Below, piece after piece: positions 50,602 through 58,367 of a stretch of DNA of 64,000 nucleotides. The position numbers and the translations under genes were made by a program. Source of the stretch: an uncultured Gemmatimonadota bacterium (GTDB lineage: Bacteria; Gemmatimonadota; Gemmatimonadetes; Palauibacterales; Palauibacteraceae); assembly GCA_964518305.1 (NCBI GenBank), contig CAZFDK010000005.1, forward strand, positions 8,826-72,825, written 5' to 3'. Below the pieces are notes generated by a model. It ran no database searches. It was not told the DNA's origin and saw nothing but the letters and a program-made list of their open reading frames with translations. Position 1 is the first letter of the stretch; the number at the start of each line of letters is the position of its first letter.

Positions 50602-51184
50602 TCGCCCCGGAGAGGCCGGAGCGAGGCGCCGGCCCCGCCCCGGGGGAGCTCCGCCCGGGACGGGAGCACGGGTCGTCGTCATCGGCCTGGGGAACCCGCT
50701 CCTGGCGGACGACGGGGTCGGGCTGGCCGCGCTGGCGCGCCTCCGGGAGGAGTGGAGCCTCCCTTCCGACGTGGAGCTGCTGGACGGAGGCACGTGGGGA
50801 ATGATGCTCCTGCCCGCCGTGGAGGACGCCGACCGCCTGCTCCTGCTGGACGCCATCGACGTGGACGAGGAGCCCGGCGCCACGGTCGTCCTGGAGCGGG
50901 ACGAGCTGCCCCTCTTCCTCGACGGCAAGGTCTCCACGCATCAGGTGGGCATCCGGGAGGTCCTGGCCCTCGCGTCGCTTCGGGGGACCCTCCCGGAGGA
51001 GACGGTGGCCGTGGGCCTGCAGCCCGCCGAGGTGACCACCGAGACCGCCCTCAGCCCGGAGGCGGTGGCCGGCCTGGACGACCTGGTCGTCCGAGCCGTG
51101 GAGCGCCTCAGGGGTTGGGGGGTCGGTGCCGAGCACCAGGCCTCCGGGGGCGAGAGCACGCTGGCCGAGCCCGGCCGGGCCTGA
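50591..51184 (+). CDS. hyaD: Hydrogenase maturation endopeptidase (HyaD/HybD family)
   Basis: 'VVVIGLGNPLLADDGVGLAA…LLDGGTWGMMLL…LLLLDAID' = HycI/HyaD protease motifs. Confidence 0.85.
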   Translation: MRSDRPGEAGARRRPRPGGAPPGTGARVVVIGLGNPLLADDGVGLAALARLREEWSLPSDVELLDGGTWGMMLLPAVEDADRLLLLDAIDVDEEPGATVVLERDELPLFLDGKVSTHQVGIREVLALASLRGTLPEETVAVGLQPAEVTTETALSPEAVAGLDDLVVRAVERLRGWGVGAEHQASGGESTLAEPGRA

Positions 51185-51228
51185 GGACCGAGGATCTGGC
51201 CGATGCCGGACGGGACGGGGAGCCGACC

Positions 51229-51666
51229 GTGCACGAGATGAGTCTCGCCATGGAGGTGGGGCGAATGGCCGCCGAGCAGGTGGACCGGGAGGCCCTGCCC
51301 CGCGTCTCGGCCGTCGGCGTGGAGGTGGGCGACCGGGCGGGCGTGGTGGTCGATGCCCTGGAGTTCTGCCTCGAGGCCGTGCTCACCGAGCCCCCCTTCG
51401 ATGAGGCCCGTCCGGTGGTGGAGCGCTGCCGGGGCGACGTCCTCCGGCTGTCGTGGATCGACGTGGAGGAGGAAGAGGACGGGAGAGTGGAGGACGACCG
51501 GAGCGACGGCGAAGCGGCGCTGGATCGAGCCGCGGCCGGCACGACGGGCGGAAGGAGCGGGCCGAGCCCGCTGGGGGATGCGCCGCTCCCCTCCGAGGCC
51601 GGTCCGCCGCCCGGCGCCGGAGACGGAAGCAGAGCAGACTCGAACGAACGGGAAGGTGTCCGATGA
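51229..51666 (+). CDS. hypA: HypA-like hydrogenase Ni-insertion protein, atypical (lacks the Zn-finger cysteines)
   Basis: GTG start giving 'MHEMSLAMEVGRMAAEQV…', where the MHE N-terminus is the HypA Ni-binding motif. The C-terminal half is acidic/low-complexity (…DVEEEEDGRVEDDRSDGE…) with no CxxC…CxxC pair. Confidence 0.55.
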   Translation: MHEMSLAMEVGRMAAEQVDREALPRVSAVGVEVGDRAGVVVDALEFCLEAVLTEPPFDEARPVVERCRGDVLRLSWIDVEEEEDGRVEDDRSDGEAALDRAAAGTTGGRSGPSPLGDAPLPSEAGPPPGAGDGSRADSNEREGVR

Positions 51667-52355
51667 CGGTCCGCCGCATTCAGGTGCGCGAGAAAGTGAT
51701 GAAGAAAAACGACGAGCTGGCGGCCGACGTGCGGAGCCGGCTCACCGATTCGGGAGTGATCACCTACAACCTGGTCTCCTCGCCGGGGTCCGGGAAGACG
51801 GCCCTCCTGGAGGGCACGCTGGAGCGGCTGGACGCCGAGTTCCCCATCGCCGTCGTCACCGGAGACGTGCAGACGGAGAACGACGCGAACCGAATCGCGC
51901 GCCTCACGCCGCGGCTCGTGCAGGCCGTGGTCACCGACGGGGCGTGCCACCTGGACGCCCGGCAGGTCTCCGAGGCCCTGGACGCCGTGGACCTGGACGA
52001 GACGCGTCTCCTGTTCATCGAGAACGTGGGCAACCTGGTCTGTCCCGCGAGCTGGGACCTGGGCGAGCAGGACAAGGTCGTGCTGTTCTCGGTGACGGAG
52101 GGCGAGGACAAGCCGGTCAAGTACCCGAAGATGTTCCGGCTCGCCAGCTATGCGGTGATCACGAAGATGGACCTGCTCCCGCACCTGGACTTCGACGTCG
52201 ACCGGGCGGTGGAGCACGCCCGCGAGATCAATCCCGACCTCCGCTTCTTCTTCACCTCGGCCCGTAGCGGCGAGGGCATGGAGGAGTGGTGCGACTTCCT
52301 CCGATCCGAGGTCGGGACCGGGGAGTTCGCCCGAGCGTCGCTGGGCACCGACTAG
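51663..52355 (+). CDS. hypB: Hydrogenase nickel incorporation GTPase HypB
   Basis: Internal ATG 51663 of the 300-aa track ORF. G1 'SSPGSGKTALL', CH motif region '…GACHLDA…', G3 'FIENVGNLVCP'. No His-rich N-terminal tract. Confidence 0.88.
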   Translation: MTVRRIQVREKVMKKNDELAADVRSRLTDSGVITYNLVSSPGSGKTALLEGTLERLDAEFPIAVVTGDVQTENDANRIARLTPRLVQAVVTDGACHLDARQVSEALDAVDLDETRLLFIENVGNLVCPASWDLGEQDKVVLFSVTEGEDKPVKYPKMFRLASYAVITKMDLLPHLDFDVDRAVEHAREINPDLRFFFTSARSGEGMEEWCDFLRSEVGTGEFARASLGTD

Positions 52356-52378
52356 GAAAAGAGAAGAGGAGCGAGAAT

Positions 52379-52705
52379 ATGTGTCTGGGCGTGCCGGGCA
52401 GGGTGGTCGAGGTGAAGGGCGACGTCGCCGTCGTGGACTTCTGGGGCGTTCGGCGCGAGACGCGGCTCGACGTGGTCGACGAGCCGGTGTCGCCGGGCGA
52501 CTACATCCTCAACCACGTGGGCTTCGCGATCCGCAAGATCCCGGAGTCCGAGATCGGAGAGACGCTGGCCCTGTACAGCGAGCTGCTGGAGGAGGCCGGA
52601 GAGGACATGATGGCCGAGGACGTGCGCGACGAAATCGAGCAGGCGAGCATGCCCTCGTCGGATCCCGAGCCGGGCGTGCCGTCCGGCCTGGAGGGAAGCC
52701 GATGA
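52379..52705 (+). CDS. hypC: Hydrogenase assembly chaperone HypC/HupF
   Basis: Begins 'MCLGVPGRVVEV' (essential Cys2); ~108 aa. Confidence 0.88.
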   Translation: MCLGVPGRVVEVKGDVAVVDFWGVRRETRLDVVDEPVSPGDYILNHVGFAIRKIPESEIGETLALYSELLEEAGEDMMAEDVRDEIEQASMPSSDPEPGVPSGLEGSR

Positions 52706-53883
52706 GCGACGCGGTCGGAGGGCCCACGCCTGCCGCTCCCCCCGCGCCGGGCCCCACCGGCGGCGCCGGCGAGTCGGTGGGGGAGCTCAAGTTTCGTGAT
52801 CCCGAGAAGGCGCAGGCCCTGTCGGAGGCCCTCGAGCGGGTGGTGGGCGAGGTGGACCGGGACTCGGTCTCGGTCATGCACGTGTGCGGGAGCCACGAGC
52901 AGTCCATCGCCAAGTACGGCATCCGGACCATCCTCCCGGAGGCGCTGGACGTGATCATGGGGCCGGGCTGCCCGGTCTGCGTCACCGACATGCCCGAGGT
53001 GGACGAGGCCGTGGCGCTGGCCCGGCAGGGCGTCCGGGTCGCCACCTACGGCGACATGCTGCAGGTGCCGGGGACGGTGTCCTCCCTGGCCGACGCCCAG
53101 GCCGGCGGAGCCGAGGTGGACGTGGTGTACAGCGCCTCCCAGGCCGTGGAGCTGGCGCGGGAGACCGACGACGAGGTGGTCTTCTTCGCCAGCGGCTTCG
53201 AGACCACCGCCGTGGCCACCGCCGCCGTGGTGCTGGACGACCCGCCGGACAACTTCTCGGTGCTCTCGGCGCACAAGTACATCCCGCCGGTCATGGAGAT
53301 CGTGGCCGAGATGCCCCACACCCGGGTGGAGGGTTACCTGGCCGCGGGGCACGCCGCCACGATCACCGGCTCCGGCCTCTTCGAGCGCTTCGTGGACCGT
53401 CACCGCATCCCGGTGGCCGTGGCCGGATTCGAGCCCCTGGACGTGCTGGCCGGCCTGGTCCAGCTCGTGGAGCTCGTTCGGGACGGGGAGCCCCGCGTCG
53501 TGAACATGTATCCGCGGTGCGTCACCGAGGAGGGGAACCGGAACGCCCAGGAGCAGCTGTGGGAGGTGTTCCGCACCACGGGCGGCAAGTGGCGGGGCAT
53601 CGCTCACGTCCCCAACGGCAACCTGCGGATCCGGGACGAGTATGCGGGCGTCGACGCCCGCCGGCGCTTCGACATCGACGTCGGCGCGCTCCGGCGCGGC
53701 TCCCCGACCCCCCTGACGCAGGCCTGCATCTGCGGTGACATCATGGCCGGCCGATCCTCGCCCCACGATTGCCCGCTCTTCGGCGAGGAGTGCACGCCGG
53801 AGAATCCGGTGGGCGCCTGCATGGTGAGCAGCGAGGGCACCTGCAAGATCTGGCACCAGTACGGAGGACATCCCGACCTATGA
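52702..53883 (+). CDS. hypD: Hydrogenase formation protein HypD
   Basis: Conserved 'CGSHEQ', 'GPGCPVCV', and C-terminal 'CxCGDIMAG…CPLFGEECTPENPVGACMVSSEGTC' Fe-S motifs. ATGA overlaps at both ends. Confidence 0.92.
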   Translation: MSDAVGGPTPAAPPAPGPTGGAGESVGELKFRDPEKAQALSEALERVVGEVDRDSVSVMHVCGSHEQSIAKYGIRTILPEALDVIMGPGCPVCVTDMPEVDEAVALARQGVRVATYGDMLQVPGTVSSLADAQAGGAEVDVVYSASQAVELARETDDEVVFFASGFETTAVATAAVVLDDPPDNFSVLSAHKYIPPVMEIVAEMPHTRVEGYLAAGHAATITGSGLFERFVDRHRIPVAVAGFEPLDVLAGLVQLVELVRDGEPRVVNMYPRCVTEEGNRNAQEQLWEVFRTTGGKWRGIAHVPNGNLRIRDEYAGVDARRRFDIDVGALRRGSPTPLTQACICGDIMAGRSSPHDCPLFGEECTPENPVGACMVSSEGTCKIWHQYGGHPDL

Positions 53884-54953
53884 GCGAGGCCGCGCGGAGG
53901 AACGGACGGGAAGCGGGAGGCCCGACGACGGCCGTCGAGAAGGTCACCCTCAAGCACGGCGCCGGGGGCGGCGCCATGCGTCAGTTGATCGAGGAGTCGC
54001 TGGCGGCGGGCTTCCTGGACGAGCGCGACGGCGAGGTCGGGCTCTCCGCCATGGACGACGGGGCCGCCTTCGGGCTGCCCGACGGCCGCTGGCTCGTCCT
54101 GACCACCGACTCCCACGTCATCCATCCCTACCGCTTCCCCGGCGGAGACATCGGCCGCCTCGCGGTGGCCGGGACGGTGAACGATCTGGCCATGATGGGT
54201 GCTGCCGAGCCGCTGGGGCTCACCTCGGCGATGGTCGTGGAGGAGGGCCTGCCCCGGGACGAGCTCGAGGAGATTCAGTCTTCGATGCGGGCTACCTGCC
54301 GGGAGGCGGGAACCCGCGTCGTCACGGGCGACACCAAGGTCATGGGCCGCGGCGAGATCGACGGGATCGTGATCAACACCACGGGCGTGGGGTTCGCCGA
54401 TCCGCTGGTCCGGGATTCCGGCCTCCGGCCCGGGGACCGCGTCATCCTCACTGGGGAGATCGGTGATCACGGAATCGCCCTCATGGCGCTCCGCCACGAG
54501 CTGGACCTCCGGGGTGACCTGGTCTCGGACGTGGCCCCGCTCAACGGTCTGGTGGGACGGGCTCTCGGGGCCGCCGACGGCGGCATTACGGCCCTCAAGG
54601 ACCCGACCCGCGGCGGCGTGGCCAGCGCCCTGCACGAGATGGCGGAGAAGGCCGGCGTCTCGGTCGTGGTGCAGGAGCGGGCCGTCCCCGTCTCCGACGT
54701 GGTACGGTCGGCGGCCGAGATGCTGGGCCTGGACCCCTTCCACATCGCCAACGAGGGGAAGGCCCTGCTGGGCGTGCGCCCGGGATCGGCGCAGGCGGTG
54801 CTGGAGGCCATCCGGGAGCATCCGGCCGGCGGTCGCGCCGCCATCGTCGGTGAGGTCTCGGACGATCATCCCGGCCGGGTCGTACTGGACACCGGAATCG
54901 GGCGGCGACTGGTGACGGAGCCGCAGGGCGAGCCCCTGCCCCGGATCTGCTGA
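53880..54953 (+). CDS. hypE: Hydrogenase maturation carbamoyl dehydratase HypE
   Basis: AIR-synthase-like fold. Ends with the diagnostic C-terminal 'PRIC' (reactive Cys). Confidence 0.92.
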   Translation: MSEAARRNGREAGGPTTAVEKVTLKHGAGGGAMRQLIEESLAAGFLDERDGEVGLSAMDDGAAFGLPDGRWLVLTTDSHVIHPYRFPGGDIGRLAVAGTVNDLAMMGAAEPLGLTSAMVVEEGLPRDELEEIQSSMRATCREAGTRVVTGDTKVMGRGEIDGIVINTTGVGFADPLVRDSGLRPGDRVILTGEIGDHGIALMALRHELDLRGDLVSDVAPLNGLVGRALGAADGGITALKDPTRGGVASALHEMAEKAGVSVVVQERAVPVSDVVRSAAEMLGLDPFHIANEGKALLGVRPGSAQAVLEAIREHPAGGRAAIVGEVSDDHPGRVVLDTGIGRRLVTEPQGEPLPRIC

Positions 54954-55750
54954 TGCGCGTGGGCGTCCTCACCTCGGCCCGGGCACCGGGGCTGGAGCGG
55001 CTTCTGGAGCGGAGCGCCGGAAGCGGTTCGCCGTATCGCATCGCCGGTCTGGTGGCAAGCGACCCCGAGAGTTCGGCGGTGACGGCGGCGGAGGCGGCAG
55101 GCGTGCCCACCGCGGTGCACGACCTGGAGACCTTCTGCCGCCGACGCGGCGCGGACATCGGCGACCGTGAGGTCCGGGAGGCCTTCGACCGGCAGCTGGC
55201 GCTCCGGCTCCGCTCCTTCGGCGCCGAGGCCGTGGTCATGTGCGGCTACCTGTGGATCGCCACGCGCGCCCTGCTCGAGGCGTTTCCGGACAGGGTGTTC
55301 AACATCCACGACGCGGACCTGACGCTCCGGGGCGAAGACGGCGTGCCCCGGTACCGCGGACTGCGCTCGACGCGGGACGCGGTGTTCGCCGGCGAGCCGG
55401 AGACGCGAAGCACGGTGCACCTGGCCACGGAGCGTGTGGATGTCGGTCCGCCGCTGCTCCTCTCCGGGCCCTTCCCGGTCCACCCCATGGTCGAAGAGGC
55501 CCGCGAATGGCGCGCCGAGGACCTCCTGGAGGCCTACGCGTACGCTCAGCGCGAGTGGATGATGAAGGCGTGCTGGGGAACGCTACTGGACCGGACCCTC
55601 GAGCTGGGGGCCCTGGGGCGGATCCGTGTCCCCGACGACGGCCCGATCACGGTGAACGGAGAGGCCGCACCGGCGGAGCTGGACGAGCGCCACGCTCGTG
55701 CGGGATCCGGCGGACCGGAGGCACTCCGCGCGGTCGGGGGGCGTCCGTGA
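54953..55750 (+). CDS. hypX: Formyltransferase-domain protein; putative N-terminal module of a split HypX (hydrogenase CO-ligand synthase)
   Basis: 265 aa PurN/Fmt-like: 'MRVGVLTSARAPGLERLL…' and 'VFNIHDADLTLRG' (equivalent of NIHPSLLP). TGATG overlap with hypE. Directly followed by a crotonase-fold gene, reproducing the two-domain HypX architecture. Confidence 0.6.
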   Translation: MRVGVLTSARAPGLERLLERSAGSGSPYRIAGLVASDPESSAVTAAEAAGVPTAVHDLETFCRRRGADIGDREVREAFDRQLALRLRSFGAEAVVMCGYLWIATRALLEAFPDRVFNIHDADLTLRGEDGVPRYRGLRSTRDAVFAGEPETRSTVHLATERVDVGPPLLLSGPFPVHPMVEEAREWRAEDLLEAYAYAQREWMMKACWGTLLDRTLELGALGRIRVPDDGPITVNGEAAPAELDERHARAGSGGPEALRAVGGRP

Positions 55751-55767
55751 CGGCGGCCGCGGACGGC

Positions 55768-56616
55768 ATGGAGAACATCCGCATGGAGCGGGAGGGCGGG
55801 GTGGGGATCATCACCATCGACCGCCCGGACCGCTTCAACTCCCTGGACGTGTCCACGGCGAAGGATTTCCGGAAGGCGGGGCTCCAGTATTCCCGCGAGG
55901 AGGACGTCCGGGCCGTGGTCCTCCGCGGCCGCGGCGACGTGTTCTGCAGCGGCGCCGACCTGAAGTACGTGCGGGACCACGGCGACGAGGAGGACTTCGG
56001 CTACCTGCAGCCCGAGGGAGTGGGGGCCGAGGAGGGCGGTCACGGCCGGGCCTTCAAGGAGATCCTGGAGTACATCCACAGCGCGATCTCGGAGATGAAG
56101 CGTGCACCGAAGCCCTTCCTGGCCGGCGTGGACGGCATGGCGGCGGCCGGGGGCTTCGGCATCGCCATGGCCTGCGACCTGGTCTTCGCGTCGGAGGACG
56201 CCCGCTTCGAGTGGGCCTACCACAAGACCGGTCTCACCGGGGCCGAGAGCTCCACCTTCTTCCTGCCCCGGCTCCTCGGGCTCCGAAAAGCGCTGGAGCT
56301 GGTGTTTCTGAACCCCCGGCTGAGCGCCCGGGAGGCCGCGGAGATGGGGCTGGTGAACCGGGTGTGGGCGGCGGAGGACTTCGACGACGAGCTGAGGGGC
56401 GTGGCCCGGGAGCTCGCCTCCGGGCCCACGGAGGCCTACGCCGTCGCCAAGCGGCTGGTGCACCAGGCCGCCGGCATCGACCAGCTGGACTACCACATGG
56501 ACGAGGAGCTTGAGAACCTGTCGCGGATCGCCGACGGCGAGGACTTCGCCGAGGGGCTGGAGGCCTTCTTCGAGGGGCGAAAACCCGACTTCGGCGGCGG
56601 GGACGTGTCCCGATGA
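55768..56616 (+). CDS. hypX: Enoyl-CoA hydratase/isomerase (crotonase)-fold protein; putative C-terminal module of a split HypX
   Basis: 'MENIRMEREGGVGIITIDRPDRFNSLD…VVLRGRGDVFCSGADL…FLAGVDGMAAAGGFGIAMACDLVFASEDARF' = crotonase oxyanion-hole motifs. Alternative GTG start at 55747 would overlap the formyltransferase stop. The two genes are in different reading frames. Confidence 0.6.
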   Translation: MENIRMEREGGVGIITIDRPDRFNSLDVSTAKDFRKAGLQYSREEDVRAVVLRGRGDVFCSGADLKYVRDHGDEEDFGYLQPEGVGAEEGGHGRAFKEILEYIHSAISEMKRAPKPFLAGVDGMAAAGGFGIAMACDLVFASEDARFEWAYHKTGLTGAESSTFFLPRLLGLRKALELVFLNPRLSAREAAEMGLVNRVWAAEDFDDELRGVARELASGPTEAYAVAKRLVHQAAGIDQLDYHMDEELENLSRIADGEDFAEGLEAFFEGRKPDFGGGDVSR

Positions 56617-57257
56617 CTGCCGCGTTGGAGGGGGCGCTGATCGGGCTGGTGGCCGGCGCCGGCCACGTGCTGGCCGGCGCCGACCACCTGGCGGTGGTCT
56701 CCCCGCTGGCCGCCAGCCGCCGGTCCGGCGCGTGGCGGACCGGCTTGCGGTGGGGGCTCGGCCACGCCGGCGGGGTGGCGGTGATCGGGGTGGCGGCGGC
56801 CCTGCTGCGGGAAGCGCTCCCCATGGAGCAGGTCACGGCGTGGAGCGAGCGGGCGGTGGGCATCAGCCTCATGGCCGTCGGGCTGTGGGCCCTGACGGCC
56901 GTGGTTCGGGTCCTGAGAGAATCCGAGGACGGCGATGGCCCCTCGCACGAGGTCCTGCATGGTCGGGAGGGGCGCGCGGCGTTCGCCGTGGGGCTTTTGC
57001 ACGGCACGGCCGGGGCCGGCCACGTCCTGGGCGTGCTGCCGGCCCTGGCGCTGCCCACCCGGCTCGGATCCATCGCCTACCTCCTCTCCTTCGCCGCCGG
57101 CACCGTGGCGGCGATGACGGTCTACGCGGCGGTGGTCGGCCAGGCCGGGCGGCGTCTGTCGCTCTCCGGACGCAACGCCTACGCGGGTCTGCTGGCCGGA
57201 TGCTCGGCCCTGTCGGTGGTCGTCGGGGCCTTCTGGCTCGGGCTGGTGGGGCCGTAG
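56613..57257 (+). CDS. hupE: HupE/UreJ-family membrane protein (putative Ni2+ uptake for hydrogenase)
   Basis: Two internally repeated halves each with an 'AG(A)GHVLxGxDHL'-type motif (GAGHVLAGADHLAVV; GTAGAGHVLGVLPAL). ~6 TM helices. Terminal gene of the hyp operon. Confidence 0.5.
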   Translation: MTAALEGALIGLVAGAGHVLAGADHLAVVSPLAASRRSGAWRTGLRWGLGHAGGVAVIGVAAALLREALPMEQVTAWSERAVGISLMAVGLWALTAVVRVLRESEDGDGPSHEVLHGREGRAAFAVGLLHGTAGAGHVLGVLPALALPTRLGSIAYLLSFAAGTVAAMTVYAAVVGQAGRRLSLSGRNAYAGLLAGCSALSVVVGAFWLGLVGP

Positions 57258-57275
57258 ACGTGGCGGGTCGGGACC

Positions 57276-58232
57276 TCAGACGGCCAGTCCCGCGGCGAAG
57301 AGAGTCGCGTACGCGACGGCGAGCTGTCCCGCCTGCGGCGTGAGAGGCAGGAGATGCTTCCAGCGGTCGGCCCTCCTGACTCTCCGGAAGATCACGACGG
57401 CGTACGGAGCCGTCAGCAGGGGGAGGAGCACGGCGACGTCGTGACCGGAGCGCGGCACGAACCAGACGGGAACGGCGTACGCCAGGGCCGTGAGGACGCC
57501 CATCTCCACCTCCGTCCAGTCCCGGCCGATGATCACGGCCAGCGTCCGCTCCCCCTTCTCGCGATCGAAGCGAAGATCACGGATGTTGTCGATGAGGAGG
57601 ATGTTCGTGATCAGCGCGGCCATGGGCAGGCCGGCGGCCACCGACTCCAGCGTCAGCGCGTCTCCGGGTACGCCCGTCGGGAAACCCGTCGCCAGGTTCG
57701 ACGCGGCCTGGACGTAGTAGGTGCCGGAGACCGAGACGATGCCGAAGAATAGGAAGAAGAGCGGGTCGCCGAGTCCGCGGTCGCCGAGCCGGAGCGGATC
57801 GGACGAGTACGCCAGGCTGGCGCCGGCGCTGACGACCCCGAGGGCGAGCGCCGGCAGGCCACCGATCCGGACCAGGTAGGCGCCCGGGACCGCCGCCAGC
57901 AGGTAGCATCCGGCGGTGGCCCGGGCCAGGAGACGGAGGTCGACGACGCCCGCCTCCAGGGCACGGACCAGGAGCGGGTGCTCACGATCGTCGGGATGGC
58001 GGCGGAGGTTGTGGTAGTTGTCCGCGATCACTCCGCCGAGCTGGATCAGCCATCCGGCGGCCAGGGCCGCGGTCGCTGCCCACGGGGCGAAGACGCCGTC
58101 GTGGAGGGCGAGGCCCGCGGCCACGACGACCGGTGCCAGCGCGGTGGGAAGAGTGTGGCGCGGATAGACGAGCATCCGCACCCAGACGTCGCGCCGGGTG
58201 GGGACCTCGGTTGACGGGGAGGGGGCCGACAT
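57276..58232 (-). CDS. UbiA-family aromatic prenyltransferase (MenA-like)
   Basis: 318 aa, 8-9 TM. Asp-rich motif region 'IADNYHNLRRHPDDREHP' and second motif '…DNIRDLRFDREKGERT' consistent with UbiA/MenA. Confidence 0.65.
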   Translation of the reverse strand: MSAPSPSTEVPTRRDVWVRMLVYPRHTLPTALAPVVVAAGLALHDGVFAPWAATAALAAGWLIQLGGVIADNYHNLRRHPDDREHPLLVRALEAGVVDLRLLARATAGCYLLAAVPGAYLVRIGGLPALALGVVSAGASLAYSSDPLRLGDRGLGDPLFFLFFGIVSVSGTYYVQAASNLATGFPTGVPGDALTLESVAAGLPMAALITNILLIDNIRDLRFDREKGERTLAVIIGRDWTEVEMGVLTALAYAVPVWFVPRSGHDVAVLLPLLTAPYAVVIFRRVRRADRWKHLLPLTPQAGQLAVAYATLFAAGLAV

Positions 58233-58367
58233 GCAGGGGTTTCTCGTGGTCGGGGACGGAACCGACGGGGTCGAAGCTGGATATCATGTGGAGAGACTCC
58301 GCGGGACGCCAGCGTTCGTGCCGGCTACCGTGGATTGGTCAGGTCAGCGCGGGAGGAGAGAGTAGCG

